Shown here piece by piece: positions 1-10,136 of a stretch of 64,000 bases of DNA. The translations under genes and the position numbers were made by a program. The DNA is from Bacteroidia bacterium. Lineage in GTDB: Bacteria > Bacteroidota > Bacteroidia > Bacteroidales > Paludibacteraceae. Position 1 is the first letter of the stretch; each line of letters opens with the position of its first letter. The notes under the pieces are model-generated. The model made no database searches. It was not told where the DNA came from and saw nothing but the letters and a program-made list of their open reading frames with translations. The stretch covers positions 13,885 through 77,884 of the forward strand of contig SAAL01000001.1 of assembly GCA_009929445.1 (NCBI GenBank). Direction: 5' to 3'.

Positions 1-520
1 CCATCATGTCCAGGTGCTTTTTCACAAAATCGATGGAATAAAAATGACGGCTAACATCGATGTGAACACCCCGATACGGGAAGCGGGGAAAATCGGAAAC
101 TGTAACGGAGGGGACGGTGCGGTCGGCTGTAATCAGTTGAAGCAGGGTCTGAATTCCGTAAAATAATCCCGTTTCAGAGCGGGCTGAAATATTTATTTCC
201 GAAGGATTTACCACGAGCCGGTAACCTTCGTCCGATTCAGGGAATTGTGATTGTTGACCGACTTCGAGCCTGATTTTTGAAACGGCTGTTTTTCCGGTTC
301 CGATGGAGAATCCCGCGCCAATCAAGTAGTCGGTTAACCGGCGACGGGATTTATTCGTTATGTCAGAGAATTGAATATCAGCTGCTTTTGACAGCTGATA
401 GTATCCTTCACCGGCTTTGATGCTGTTGGGCTGTGGAATAATATTGTATTGTGCAACGGCTGACGGTATGCAAAAAAGCAGAGAAACCATCAGCAGTTGA
501 AGAATAAATGATTTTTTCAT
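1..520 (-). CDS. beta-N-acetylhexosaminidase (GH20), N-terminal part; the ORF runs off the window start
   Basis: Hand translation from ATG 520-518 gives MKKSFILQLLMVSLLFCIPSAVAQYNIIPQPNSIKAGEGYYQL... and ends ...VSDFPRFPYRGVHIDVSRHFYSIDFVKKHLDMM, in the same frame. The signal peptide plus PRFxYRG / D(V)SRHF pattern is typical of GH20. It is absent from the ORF track because it is truncated. Confidence 0.65.
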   Translation of the reverse strand, partial: MKKSFILQLLMVSLLFCIPSAVAQYNIIPQPNSIKAGEGYYQLSKAADIQFSDITNKSRRRLTDYLIGAGFSIGTGKTAVSKIRLEVGQQSQFPESDEGYRLVVNPSEINISARSETGLFYGIQTLLQLITADRTVPSVTVSDFPRFPYRGVHIDVSRHFYSIDFVKKHLDMM

Positions 521-566
521 GGTCAAATGATAAGGTATTTGTTGTTCACTAAAAACGTTCAGGGAG

Positions 567-1589
567 CTATTCCAGTGAATTCCATCCCTGTGCTTTCAGC
601 GGAATTTCCTCGCCGTTTCGTCCTGTCAGATTCATACCCAGTTCCGGTTTGGTGATATGTCCCACGATACCCACGTCTTCGAGTGTTATGATTTTTTCGT
701 AATCTTCGAGTTTGCAGGTGAAAAGCAGTTCGTAGTCTTCGCCGCCGTTGAGTGCCGCCGTAACGATGTTCATATTCAGCTCTTCGGCCATCACAGCTGC
801 CTGCATATTAATCGGAATTTTATCTTCGTACACACGGCAGCCTACATTACTTTGTGAGCAGATATGAATCAACTCCGACGATAATCCGTCAGAAATATCC
901 ATCATTGCCGTAGGCTGGATGCCTTTTTCAGCGAGCCTTTCGATGATGTCCTTGCGGGCTTCGGGCTTGAGCTGGCGTTGCAGGATGTACTCTTTTCCGC
1001 TGAAATCGGGCTGGACGTTTTCCTGCTGACCTTCGAAAACAAGTTTCTCGCGTTCGAGCAGCTGCAATCCCATGTAAGCAGATCCAAGATTTCCCGAAAC
1101 ACAGATCAGGTCGTTTTCTCCGGCTCCGTCGCGATACACGATTTTGTCTTTTTCGCCTTCGCCAATGCAGGTGATGCTGATGGTAAGACCTGTAAGCGAG
1201 GCAGATGTATCACCACCCACCAGATCGACACCGTAGTTTTCGCAGGCGAGCAGTATTCCGCTGTAAAGTTCTTCCAGAAACTCTACCGAAAAACGCTTGG
1301 AAACACCCAGCGAAACAGTTATTTGCTTCGGTTGTCCGTTCATGGCGTAAATGTCGGAAAAATTGACAACAGCAGCTTTGTAACCCAGGTGTTTCAAAGG
1401 AGTATAAATCAAATCAAAATGAACACCTTCCAGTAGTAAATCTGTCGTTACAAGCACTTGTTTATCCTTGTAATCCAGCACAGCAGCATCGTCGCCAACA
1501 CCCTTGAGCGATGAAGGATTTTGTAATTTAATTTTTTCGGTCAGGTGTTTGATTAATCCAAATTCACCGTATTTTGATATTTCAGTCAT
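567..1589 (-). CDS. thiL: thiamine-monophosphate kinase
   Basis: 340-aa ORF with GEFGLIKHL, GDDAAVL, TTDLLLEGVHF and GGEDYELLFT, the motif pattern of the ThiL / AIR-synthase-like family. Confidence 0.9.
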   Translation of the reverse strand: MTEISKYGEFGLIKHLTEKIKLQNPSSLKGVGDDAAVLDYKDKQVLVTTDLLLEGVHFDLIYTPLKHLGYKAAVVNFSDIYAMNGQPKQITVSLGVSKRFSVEFLEELYSGILLACENYGVDLVGGDTSASLTGLTISITCIGEGEKDKIVYRDGAGENDLICVSGNLGSAYMGLQLLEREKLVFEGQQENVQPDFSGKEYILQRQLKPEARKDIIERLAEKGIQPTAMMDISDGLSSELIHICSQSNVGCRVYEDKIPINMQAAVMAEELNMNIVTAALNGGEDYELLFTCKLEDYEKIITLEDVGIVGHITKPELGMNLTGRNGEEIPLKAQGWNSLE

Positions 1590-1595
1590 AAGTTA

Positions 1596-1618
1596 GCCCC
1601 TAAACTCCCCGAAGGAAG
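1596..1618 (+). repeat. GC-rich repeat unit, solo, degenerate
   Basis: GCCCCTAAACTCCCCGAAGGAAG, just upstream of the thiL start. Confidence 0.6.
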
Positions 1619-1651
1619 AAAATAACAGTTAGTTGTTAAATATGTTTTTGT

Positions 1652-1891
1652 TTATGTGATAATTTTCCATTCGCCTGATTTTCTCGAACCTTCACGGTTA
1701 ATGATTTTCTTTTTTTTCATTGAAGAAATTAAGCGTTCCACTTGCCGACTTGTAATATTGAGATGTTGAGCAATTTCTAATGCAGTGATTTTGGGATTAT
1801 TTTGAATAAGTTGCACTATCTCGTTTTCATTTATTCCGACATTTGTACCGACATTTATTCCGACATCCTGTTTTTTTTGTAAGTCTTCCAT
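1652..1891 (-). CDS. small winged-HTH protein (orphan C-terminal HTH tail of the AlbA_2/RecG-like regulator type)
   Basis: 79-aa ORF. A VGINVGTNVGIN lead-in is followed by NPKITALEIAQHLNITSRQVERLISSMKKKKIINREGSRKSGEWKI. No N-terminal domain is present. It could be a gene remnant. Confidence 0.45.
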   Translation of the reverse strand: MEDLQKKQDVGINVGTNVGINENEIVQLIQNNPKITALEIAQHLNITSRQVERLISSMKKKKIINREGSRKSGEWKIIT

Positions 1892-2000
1892 AGCCCGAAG
1901 AATACTTTTCAGCTATTTCAGCAGTCAGATTAGCAATTTTTTCTGTGATATGAAAAGGTGGTATGAAGGACATTGTTTACTAAAACTCTTAAGAAACAAA

Positions 2001-2113
2001 CCACCCCAAGCCCCTAAAGGGGATGTGTAATTACTTTCGTCTCTTAATGAAATTAAATCACTTTTTTATTCGCAAACCACTCTTAAACTCCCCCTTTAGG
2101 GGGTTGGGGGGCC
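2001..2113. repeat. Inverted pair of GC-rich repeat units with an AT-rich interior
   Basis: The left unit is 2001-2024, CCACCCCAAGCCCCTAAAGGGGAT. The right unit is 2085-2113, AAACTCCCCCTTTAGGGGGTTGGGGGGCC (inverted). The right unit encodes the RpiB tail. Confidence 0.8.
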
Positions 2114-2556
2114 GCTATTTTATCAATTCTTCTCTGATGTCTGCCGCCTTCAAACCCGGTAGTGAAGAAAGCGTCAATCATCGCCAGTGCCTGTTCTTCA
2201 GTTATAAACCGTGCAGGAAGTGAAAGTACATTGGCATCGTTGTGCAGGCGGGCAAGGCGGGCAATTTCTTCGTTCCAGCAGAGCGCGGCGCGTATTCCCT
2301 GATGTTTGTTCATCACCATGCTGATGCCGTTTCCCGTTCCGCAAATTGAAATTCCGTAATCAAATAATCCTTTTTCGATAGCTTTAGCCATCGGATGGGC
2401 GTAATCAGGGTAGTCGCAGCTTTCGGCCGATTGGCAGCCGAAATCCTGTAATTTGAGCGGCGATTGATTTTGCAGGTAGTCAAATATCTTTTTTTTCAAC
2501 TCAAAACCGGCATGGTCGTTGGTAATGGCTATTCTAAGTTCTGTAACTTGTTTCAT
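2083..2556 (-). CDS. rpiB: ribose-5-phosphate isomerase B
   Basis: 157-aa ORF with NDHAGFELK, CGTGNGISMVMNKHQGIRAAL and GGRHQRRIDKI. The last 10 codons (AAPQPPKGGV) are encoded by a repeat unit. Confidence 0.9.
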   Translation of the reverse strand: MKQVTELRIAITNDHAGFELKKKIFDYLQNQSPLKLQDFGCQSAESCDYPDYAHPMAKAIEKGLFDYGISICGTGNGISMVMNKHQGIRAALCWNEEIARLARLHNDANVLSLPARFITEEQALAMIDAFFTTGFEGGRHQRRIDKIAAPQPPKGGV

Positions 2557-2633
2557 GGGAGCTGTGTTTTTTTTGTGTAATATTTTAACGATTTTTCCTA
2601 AGCCTTTTTATTTGAAGGAATTGGCAGGGCCTG

Positions 2634-3785
2634 TTACGAGAATCTTTCCACATCTTCTTTCGTAATTTTCTGGTTGCCCAGAATGATGAGCCGTTCAACC
2701 ACGTTGCGCAATTCGCGGATATTACCTCGCCAGGCGCGTTCCTGAAGCGATTTAATGGCTTTTGAATCAAACGATTTCAGCTGAATGCCCTGCTCGGTGC
2801 AAATCTGCTCCGTGAAAAAATCGACAAGCAGCGGAATGTCTTCCTTGCGCTCATTGAGCGATGGCACGTGGATTGGGATGACATTGAGGCGGTGGTAGAG
2901 GTCTTCGCGGAAATTGCCTTTCTCGATTTCCGCTTTCAGATTCTTGTTGGTAGCTGCAAAAACCCGCACGTTGATTTTTATTACCTTATCGCTACCCACC
3001 CGTGTAATTTCATTCTCCTGCAGCGCCCGAAGCACCTTGGTTTGTGCCGAGAGGCTCATATCGCCTATTTCATCGAGAAAAATGGTCCCGTTGTCGGCTT
3101 GTTCGAATTTTCCGATTCGTTGTTTATGAGCCGAAGTGAACGAGCCTTTTTCATGTCCGAAAAGTTCGCTTTCAATCAGCTCTGAAGGTATGGCAGCACA
3201 GTTTACCTCCACAAATGGGAATTGTGCGCGGTTGCTGTTTTCGTAAAGCAGGCGTGCCACCACTTCTTTCCCGGTGCCGTTTTCGCCCGTAATCATTACC
3301 CGGGCATCGGTTGGAGCGACTTTACCTATCATTTCACGTACCCGCTCGATGGCTTCGGATTTCCCTATCATCATGTTTTTGGAAGCCACTTTCTTTTTCA
3401 GTGTTTTGGTTTCGGTCACCAGCGTGTTTTTATCCAGCGCATTGCGCACGGTTACCAACATGCGGTTGAGGTCGATGGGTTTTTCGATAAAGTCAAAGGC
3501 GCCTTTTTTGATACATTCCACTGCTGTGCTGATATTTCCATGCCCTGAAATCATCACCACAGGAACTTCCAATCCCTTTTCAAGGAACTGGTCGAGGAGT
3601 TCCATGCCGTCCATTTCCGGCATTTTGATGTCCGAAAAGATGAGGTCAAATTCATCGTTGAGTGCTGTATCCAATCCCACGCGACCGTTTTCGGCCAGTA
3701 CAACCTTATGTTTTTCGAATTCCAGAATGTCTTTCATCGTATTCCGGATGCTTCGTTCGTCGTCTATCACCAGTATTTTTGCCAT
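2634..3785 (-). CDS. sigma-54-dependent response regulator (receiver + AAA+ domains, no C-terminal HTH)
   Basis: 383-aa ORF. It has a receiver domain (ILVIDDE, DIKMPEMDG), Walker A GENGTGKE, the loop ESELFGHEKGSFTSA and NIRELRN. The ORF ends about 25 aa after the AAA+ module. Confidence 0.85.
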   Translation of the reverse strand: MAKILVIDDERSIRNTMKDILEFEKHKVVLAENGRVGLDTALNDEFDLIFSDIKMPEMDGMELLDQFLEKGLEVPVVMISGHGNISTAVECIKKGAFDFIEKPIDLNRMLVTVRNALDKNTLVTETKTLKKKVASKNMMIGKSEAIERVREMIGKVAPTDARVMITGENGTGKEVVARLLYENSNRAQFPFVEVNCAAIPSELIESELFGHEKGSFTSAHKQRIGKFEQADNGTIFLDEIGDMSLSAQTKVLRALQENEITRVGSDKVIKINVRVFAATNKNLKAEIEKGNFREDLYHRLNVIPIHVPSLNERKEDIPLLVDFFTEQICTEQGIQLKSFDSKAIKSLQERAWRGNIRELRNVVERLIILGNQKITKEDVERFS

Positions 3786-3793
3786 AAGAATTT

Positions 3794-3817
3794 ATCCCTG
3801 AATCCCCCGAAGGAGAT
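3794..3817 (+). repeat. GC-rich repeat unit, solo, degenerate
   Basis: ATCCCTGAATCCCCCGAAGGAGAT, 9 nt upstream of the sigma-54 regulator start codon. Confidence 0.55.
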
Positions 3818-3885
3818 ATTTTAAATGTTACAATCTAAAAAAATGTATTTAATTTTATCTCTTTTTTCAAAACATCACTCATCTG

Positions 3886-3916
3886 ATTCGTGTAATTCGT
3901 TCCAATTCGTGTAATT
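3886..3916. repeat. Direct repeat ATTCGTGTAATT x2 (19-nt period)
   Basis: attcgtgtaatt at 3886-3897 and at 3905-3916, immediately downstream of the purD stop. Confidence 0.7.
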
Positions 3917-3922
3917 TGTAAA

Positions 3923-5197
3923 TCACAAATCAAATCCAATATCTCTCCTGAAATATTTCCCTTCAAAACCGATAATTCCGGCATTTTTGTAACAAGCAGC
4001 CAGGGCATTGTTTTTATCATTTCCATACGAACTGACGGCAATGACCCGTCCACCGTTTGTTACGATGTTTCCGTCCTTTTCTTTGGTGCCGGCATGAAAT
4101 ACGATGCTGCCCTGCACCATTTCCAGGCCTGTAATGATTTTTCCTTTCGTGTAATCTTCGGGATAACCACCCGAAACGAGCATTACGGCAGCAGCAGAAC
4201 GGGTATCGAATTCTACCGTTTTTTCATTGAGGTTTTCATTTGCCACCCCTTCGAGCAGTTCCACCAGATCAGATTTGAGCCGCAGCATCACCACTTCGGT
4301 TTCGGGATCGCCCATCCGGGCATTGTATTCGATTACGTAAGGTTCATCGTTCACTTTTATCAACCCGAAAAACACAAAACCTTTGTAAGTAATGCCGTCG
4401 CTTCGAAGTCCTTCAATGGTAGGTTTGATGATTCGCTCCTCTACTTTTTGCATGAAAATTTTGTCGGCAAAGTTTACCGGCGACACGGCGCCCATTCCGC
4501 CGGTATTGAGGCCTGTATCGCCTTCGCCAATCCGTTTGTAATCCTTGGCTTCTGGCAGGATCTGGTAGTTTTGGCCATCGGTAATCACGAAAACAGAACA
4601 TTCTATTCCCGAAAGAAATTCTTCGATGACCACCGTATCACTTGCTTTGCCGAATTTGCCGTCCAGCATTTGTTTTAGTTCGTTTACAGCCTCGTTTAGC
4701 TCATTGATAATCAGAACCCCCTTTCCGGCAGCCAGTCCGTCGGCTTTTAGTACATAAGGTGGTTTCAGGGTTTTTATGAAATCGATTCCATCTGCCAGAT
4801 TCGCAATCGAAACACTTTTATACCTGGCTGTGGGGATGTTGTGTTTTTCCATAAACTTTTTGGAAAAATCCTTGCTACCTTCCAGCCGGGCAGCCGATTT
4901 GTTTGGACCTATTACGGGAATTGCTTTCAGTGCGGCATCATTTTCAAAAAAATCAACGATTCCGTTTACCAGCGGATCTTCGGGTCCTACCACAACCATA
5001 TCAATCTGATTTGAGAGCACAGCCTGCTTCACAGTCTCAAAGTCGGAAACATGGATGTTGAGATTGGTACCTATAGTTGCTGTGCCCGGATTTCCCGGAG
5101 CAATGAATAGTTTGCTGAGTTTCGGGCTTTGAGCTATTTTCCACGCCAACGCATGCTCCCGTCCTCCCGATCCGATAAGTAAGATTTTCATTGTCAA
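3923..5197 (-). CDS. purD: phosphoribosylamine-glycine ligase
   Basis: 424-aa ORF with [26 protein letters not shown] and [10 protein letters not shown], an ATP-grasp PurD pattern. Confidence 0.95.
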   Translation of the reverse strand: MTMKILLIGSGGREHALAWKIAQSPKLSKLFIAPGNPGTATIGTNLNIHVSDFETVKQAVLSNQIDMVVVGPEDPLVNGIVDFFENDAALKAIPVIGPNKSAARLEGSKDFSKKFMEKHNIPTARYKSVSIANLADGIDFIKTLKPPYVLKADGLAAGKGVLIINELNEAVNELKQMLDGKFGKASDTVVIEEFLSGIECSVFVITDGQNYQILPEAKDYKRIGEGDTGLNTGGMGAVSPVNFADKIFMQKVEERIIKPTIEGLRSDGITYKGFVFFGLIKVNDEPYVIEYNARMGDPETEVVMLRLKSDLVELLEGVANENLNEKTVEFDTRSAAAVMLVSGGYPEDYTKGKIITGLEMVQGSIVFHAGTKEKDGNIVTNGGRVIAVSSYGNDKNNALAACYKNAGIIGFEGKYFRRDIGFDL

Positions 5198-5267
5198 TTT
5201 AGTTGATTATGTTTTTTTTTATATCTGACAAAACGCTGACTATTAACTGATTACTATAGCTTATAAA

Positions 5268-6506
5268 CTAATATTCCCACACCAGATATGCCGAAACCAG
5301 CCAGTGATTCAGTTCATTGCCCACCGACGACTGTGCCTCCGGAATGGAAATGGTAAGTGTGTGATTTCCGGCCTTCAAATCGCCCAACGGAATAATCTCC
5401 GGAGTAACATCGCTTCCCGGACACCAGTTGGAGCGCGATAAATCAGACGAACCGAGAGGTTCTTCGATTTCTTTTTCGGCACGTCCGTTACGTGAAATAT
5501 AAGCTACCGTTCTTTTCTGCAGCCACACACCGGTAGATGGATTGAACCTGCGGAATGAGGCACAGTCGTTTCTCCAGGGTACGAAGCGGTACACCACGTT
5601 GCCATCCACCGAGAGGATATTTTCCTTCTGCACAAATTCATCACCGCCGGAATGTCCGCCATGACCGGTTACGATGTATTTCAAACGGATATTTTTTGCT
5701 TTTTTCGGAATGGTAAACGGGATAGATACATCCCTGCGTGAAAAGATATCCGGGATGGACTGCCCCAGGTAGAAAACCGTATTGATAAGTGGTTCTACGT
5801 ATCTTCCGGGCATTTTGTCCTGCTTGATTTTGCTTTCACTGAAATCGATTTCCACGCTTACGTTGTATCCTTCCTTTGTCCATGTATCGATGTAAATTCC
5901 TACGTAAACTTCGCCCGAAAGCAGCGGTATTAAATCACTCACTTCCTGTTTCCACACCACTTCTTTTGCCCATCCGTCGATATAAACCGGCATTCTTTTT
6001 TTTGAAACTGAGTCGTTCGTTCCGCTGAAATGTCCAACTCCGAACGGAGTCATGAACCGCATGATTTCCACCGTTGGCTGATAATTGCTATCAGCTGTAA
6101 TTCCGACGAGTTTTTCGAGTTTCGTGGTGTCAACTGCAGGATAACTTGTTTTTCCGGCAGCAATATTTATCATGTTGATAGCTGAAGTTTTCGGAATAAT
6201 GAAGCAAGAACCGGATTTGTCCCACGGATCGCCGTTTGAAGTGAGGGTGATTTTGACAATGGCGGTAGTATTGCGTTTGAAAACCGGAATACTGATTTTT
6301 TTAATGGCTATCCGTCCGTTCCCCAGCCGGATTATACCGTCGGTTTCATTCACTCCGTCGGGAATTGATCCGGGATTGAACTGAATATTCATCTGCTCAA
6401 ACACCTGAATGTTGTGCACATTTTGTGCTGATGCAGGTGAAGTCAGGCAAAATGAGATAGTAGGTATAAGAACGATCAGCAGGATTTGTTTTCTTGAAAA
6501 TATCAT
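5268..6506 (-). CDS. secreted PNGase F-like protein (peptide-N-glycosidase F family)
   Basis: 412-aa ORF with a signal peptide. [25 protein letters not shown] and SNWCPGSDV resemble PNGase F as I recall it (DEWDRYANVYV, GWCPGMAV). This is recollection only. Confidence 0.5.
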   Translation of the reverse strand: MIFSRKQILLIVLIPTISFCLTSPASAQNVHNIQVFEQMNIQFNPGSIPDGVNETDGIIRLGNGRIAIKKISIPVFKRNTTAIVKITLTSNGDPWDKSGSCFIIPKTSAINMINIAAGKTSYPAVDTTKLEKLVGITADSNYQPTVEIMRFMTPFGVGHFSGTNDSVSKKRMPVYIDGWAKEVVWKQEVSDLIPLLSGEVYVGIYIDTWTKEGYNVSVEIDFSESKIKQDKMPGRYVEPLINTVFYLGQSIPDIFSRRDVSIPFTIPKKAKNIRLKYIVTGHGGHSGGDEFVQKENILSVDGNVVYRFVPWRNDCASFRRFNPSTGVWLQKRTVAYISRNGRAEKEIEEPLGSSDLSRSNWCPGSDVTPEIIPLGDLKAGNHTLTISIPEAQSSVGNELNHWLVSAYLVWEY

Positions 6507-6515
6507 GATAGTCAG

Positions 6516-7304
6516 CTATTTAACATCTTTCATTTCTTCGGAGAGGAAATGTTCCAGTTCTTCGGGTTTTACATTGATGGTTAGTTTTCCGTTTACAGCC
6601 CAAGAGATATGGCCGGTTTCTTCAGAAATCACAATGGCGATAGCATCCGACTGTTCGGTAATCCCCAGTGCTGACCGGTGTCTTAATCCGAGTCTTTTGG
6701 GTATGTTCTGGTTGCTCGAAACAGGCAGAATGCAGGCTGCAGCAGATAGTCTGCGGTTGGAAATGATTAATGCTCCGTCGTGGAGCGGACTGTTTTTGAA
6801 AAAAATATTTTCGATCAGCCGCGAACTGATTCGTGAATCCACGGTTTCGCCTGTCTGGGTGAAAAACAGCAGGTCGTTTTCGCGCGTAAGCACGATAATT
6901 CCACCTGTGGCGGTTTTCGATAGATTGCGGCAGGCGAGCACTATCTGAACCAGGTCATAATCGGTTTTGGTTTGCTCACTTTCGGTGTTTTTGAAGAATT
7001 TTTTGAAATAATTCAGGATGCCCCAGTTTTTGCTGGATCCCACACGCGAAAAGAAACGCTTAATCTCCGTTTGGAAAAGCACGATAAGCGCAAATGCACC
7101 CACATTGACTACCGCATCGAAAATACCGCCAAGCAGTTCCATCTTGAGCACCTGCGAAACAACGAACCAAACGATTACAAAGGTCATCACCCCGACAAAT
7201 ACAGTGGAAGCACCCGAGCGCTTCAAAACCTTGAATGTGCCGTACAACAGAACAGCCGTCAGGATGATATCTATTATGTCTTTCAATCCGATATTAAATG
7301 CCAT
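6516..7304 (-). CDS. cdaA: diadenylate cyclase (c-di-AMP synthase)
   Basis: 262-aa ORF with N-terminal TM helices followed by a DAC domain (PLHDGALII, RHRSALGITEQSDAIAIVISEETG). It lies directly downstream of folP. Confidence 0.85.
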   Translation of the reverse strand: MAFNIGLKDIIDIILTAVLLYGTFKVLKRSGASTVFVGVMTFVIVWFVVSQVLKMELLGGIFDAVVNVGAFALIVLFQTEIKRFFSRVGSSKNWGILNYFKKFFKNTESEQTKTDYDLVQIVLACRNLSKTATGGIIVLTRENDLLFFTQTGETVDSRISSRLIENIFFKNSPLHDGALIISNRRLSAAACILPVSSNQNIPKRLGLRHRSALGITEQSDAIAIVISEETGHISWAVNGKLTINVKPEELEHFLSEEMKDVK

Positions 7305-7318
7305 CAGCTATTCAGGGT

Positions 7319-8176
7319 TTATGATTGAGGTTGATACGATTTGTATTTTCCGAAAATCTTTACGGCTTCTGCAGCCTCTTTCACATCGTGAACGCGCAGG
7401 ATATCTGCTCCGTTCAGCAGACCCAGCATATTCAGTGCCGTAGTGCCGTTGAGCGATTCTTCAGGGCTGGAATCCAGGAGTTTGTAAATCATCGATTTTC
7501 TCGAGACACCACAGAGAATGGGTAATTCCAGTTGTTTGAAATAGCTCATTTTGGCAAGTAGCTCATAATTCTGATCCAGCGTTTTTGCAAATCCAAATCC
7601 CGGATCGATGATTATGTCCTTAGCACCCAGATGTACAAGCCTGGCTATTCTTTTAGAGAAAAATTCCAGTATCTCGGCAAGCATATTTTCGTACACGGTC
7701 TGTTGTTGCATGGTTTGAGGTGTGCCGCGCATGTGGGTCAGGATGTACGCAGCACCCGTATCGGCTACTGTTTCAAACATTAAATCGTCCAGCGTTCCAC
7801 CGCTTATGTCATTAATAATCTGTATATTACATTCGGTTACCGCCCAGCGTGCCACGCCGGCTCTGTAAGTATCTACCGAAATGATGGCATCCGGAAAATG
7901 TTTCCTGACCGATTTCAGGGGCTCACGCAACCTTTCCTGTTCTTCCGCTTCGGAAATGTGTCTTGCTCCCGGACGGGTGGAATAGGCCCCGATATCAATC
8001 ATGGAAGCTCCCTCTTTCAGTGCATTTTCTACACGGTTCAGCACATCCTTTTCGGTAAATAGCCTGCTCAAACCGTAAAATGAATCCGGAGTCACATTGA
8101 CAATGGCCATAATTGCCGGTTCTGACAAATCAAACAATTTACCGCCCAAATTTAACTGAAAAGGGATGGAACTCAT
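7319..8176 (-). CDS. folP: dihydropteroate synthase
   Basis: 285-aa ORF with IMAIVNVTPDSF, DIGAYSTRPG and DPGFGFAKT. Confidence 0.9.
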   Translation of the reverse strand: MSSIPFQLNLGGKLFDLSEPAIMAIVNVTPDSFYGLSRLFTEKDVLNRVENALKEGASMIDIGAYSTRPGARHISEAEEQERLREPLKSVRKHFPDAIISVDTYRAGVARWAVTECNIQIINDISGGTLDDLMFETVADTGAAYILTHMRGTPQTMQQQTVYENMLAEILEFFSKRIARLVHLGAKDIIIDPGFGFAKTLDQNYELLAKMSYFKQLELPILCGVSRKSMIYKLLDSSPEESLNGTTALNMLGLLNGADILRVHDVKEAAEAVKIFGKYKSYQPQS

Positions 8177-8232
8177 TAGAAATCACAAAATATGTTTGAT
8201 AAAAATGCGTTTCACATTAGAATTATGCTCTA

Positions 8233-8240
8233 CAAAAGTA
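8233..8240 (-). promoter_or_regulatory. Bacteroidota-type -7 box (TAnnTTTG) for folP-cdaA
   Basis: The plus strand reads CAAAAGTA, which is TACTTTTG on the minus strand, 57 nt upstream of the folP ATG. Confidence 0.35.
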
Positions 8241-8445
8241 AGAAAATAAACGCTTTTTCGCTCTGTTTTTGTAGAATTATTAAAAATTTTATAATAAAAT
8301 ATACGTTTTCTGTTTAATTTGAGTTATTTAAAAGCATTCAAAAACAACTGACTGTAAACGTCAGAATTACTTTCCGATAAAAAAACGGGGAGAAATGATG
8401 CATCTGTTTCATAAAAAATAACTTATTATTTATCATAGACATTGT

Positions 8446-10044
8446 ATGAAATTAATGAACGTTGTTAAACTGGCTGGTTTTGTTTTAGCTATTTTGCTTA
8501 CAACCTCCTGTGCATCCCGAACCGGTTCGGCCGAAGGAAAAGCAAGATCAAAACCTCCGAGAAATTCGACTGTATCTACAGCTACCGGATGGACCTATGA
8601 AAACGAAAATTTCACCGGAGCCAACGGATATGCCTCTTCGGGATTTGCAGCCCATGAAAATTATCGACCGCAAATTCCCGCCGGAATGGTGGTAGTGGAG
8701 GGCGGTACCTTTATGATGGGCGAAAAAACAGACATGATGACCGCTCAGCGCAATAACCTCACCCGCAGAGTGTCGGTAGGCTCTTTCTACATGGATCAGT
8801 ATGAGGTGAGCAATCTGAATTGGCGGGAATACGTTCACTGGATGGAGGTGGTATTCGGTGCTACCGCTCCGCGTCTGGTAGATAAGGCAAGACCCAATGT
8901 GGATAAATCAAGTGATCCGATGACCTACAACGAACCTTATCTGGATCGCTATTATTCACATCCGGCTTTCAACAATTATCCGGTGGTAGGGGTAACCTGG
9001 GAGCAGGCCATGGATTACTGCCAGTGGCGTACCGACAGAATGAACGAACTCGTACTCGTAAGAGCCGGAGTGCTGGCTGAGCCCGATTTCTCTTATGTTC
9101 AGAAAGAAAACAACCTGGATTCGATCACAAAAAACTTTGTATTCAATACGGATAAATACCTGTTGCAACGCAGTTACAATCCGAAACCCGGACCCAAGCC
9201 GCTCAAAAATGCATTTGGAGCTACAAGAAAAGCCGATATGGGCGACGGACTGATGTATCCGAATTTCAGGCTGCCTACTGAAGCCGAATGGGAATTTGCA
9301 GCTTATGGCCTGAAAGCCGAAAAAAACGGATTGCTGCCAGAAGGCCGGATTTATCCCTGGACGGGTGATCAGCTGCGTAACTCAGAAAAAGGAAAGCAAC
9401 AGGGACAAATGCAGGCAAACTACGTGAGAGGACGGGGCGATATGATGGGCACTGCCGGCGACCTGAATGACAAGTACACTACAACTGCACCTGTAAACGA
9501 ATACAAACCCAATGATTTTGGGCTGTACAACATGGCCGGAAATGTAAACGAATGGGTAATGGATGTATATCGCTCTTCATCTTCGCAGGATGTAGCCGAA
9601 TATAATCCTTTCCGTGGAAACGTTGACCGCTCGTACCTGGCTGATTTCAAGGATGAAAACGGAAATTATAACCTGAAAATCGATTCGCTCGGAAGAGTAG
9701 CCTACGTAGTGCTGCCCAGCGAGGATTTACGCGGATTCAAAGACGGATCGAATCAACTGGTTACAGATTTCAAGCTTTACACCGATCCTGAAGGCGAAAG
9801 GGCACTCCGGAATAACACACAACTGGATCCCACCGATGTGCTGGCGCCTAAAATCACGAACAAAACCCGTGTTTACAAAGGCGGATCGTGGAAAGACCGT
9901 TCGTACTGGCTCAATCCGGCTACGAGGCGTTACCTCGATCAGGATAAATCGGCCAACGACATCGGATTCCGCTGTGCCATGACCATGCTCGGAAGTATCA
10001 ACGATCAACCGGTGAAGAAAAAAACTACGGTAAAGAAGAAATAA
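8446..10044 (+). CDS. gldJ: gliding-motility lipoprotein GldJ-like (SUMF1/FGE-fold)
   Basis: 532-aa ORF with lipoprotein signal LLTTSC and FGE-type motifs GGTFMMGE, FYMDQYEVSNLNWREY, YPVVGVTWEQA, GNVNEWV and YKGGSW. Confidence 0.6.
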   Translation: MKLMNVVKLAGFVLAILLTTSCASRTGSAEGKARSKPPRNSTVSTATGWTYENENFTGANGYASSGFAAHENYRPQIPAGMVVVEGGTFMMGEKTDMMTAQRNNLTRRVSVGSFYMDQYEVSNLNWREYVHWMEVVFGATAPRLVDKARPNVDKSSDPMTYNEPYLDRYYSHPAFNNYPVVGVTWEQAMDYCQWRTDRMNELVLVRAGVLAEPDFSYVQKENNLDSITKNFVFNTDKYLLQRSYNPKPGPKPLKNAFGATRKADMGDGLMYPNFRLPTEAEWEFAAYGLKAEKNGLLPEGRIYPWTGDQLRNSEKGKQQGQMQANYVRGRGDMMGTAGDLNDKYTTTAPVNEYKPNDFGLYNMAGNVNEWVMDVYRSSSSQDVAEYNPFRGNVDRSYLADFKDENGNYNLKIDSLGRVAYVVLPSEDLRGFKDGSNQLVTDFKLYTDPEGERALRNNTQLDPTDVLAPKITNKTRVYKGGSWKDRSYWLNPATRRYLDQDKSANDIGFRCAMTMLGSINDQPVKKKTTVKKK

Positions 10045-10136
10045 CAAACTAATTGAAAGTTTTAATTTGAATTAACTGCAATTTTCATATTAGAAAAGAT
10101 GACATTTTGTCAAATCGCAAAAATATGTTAATAAAG

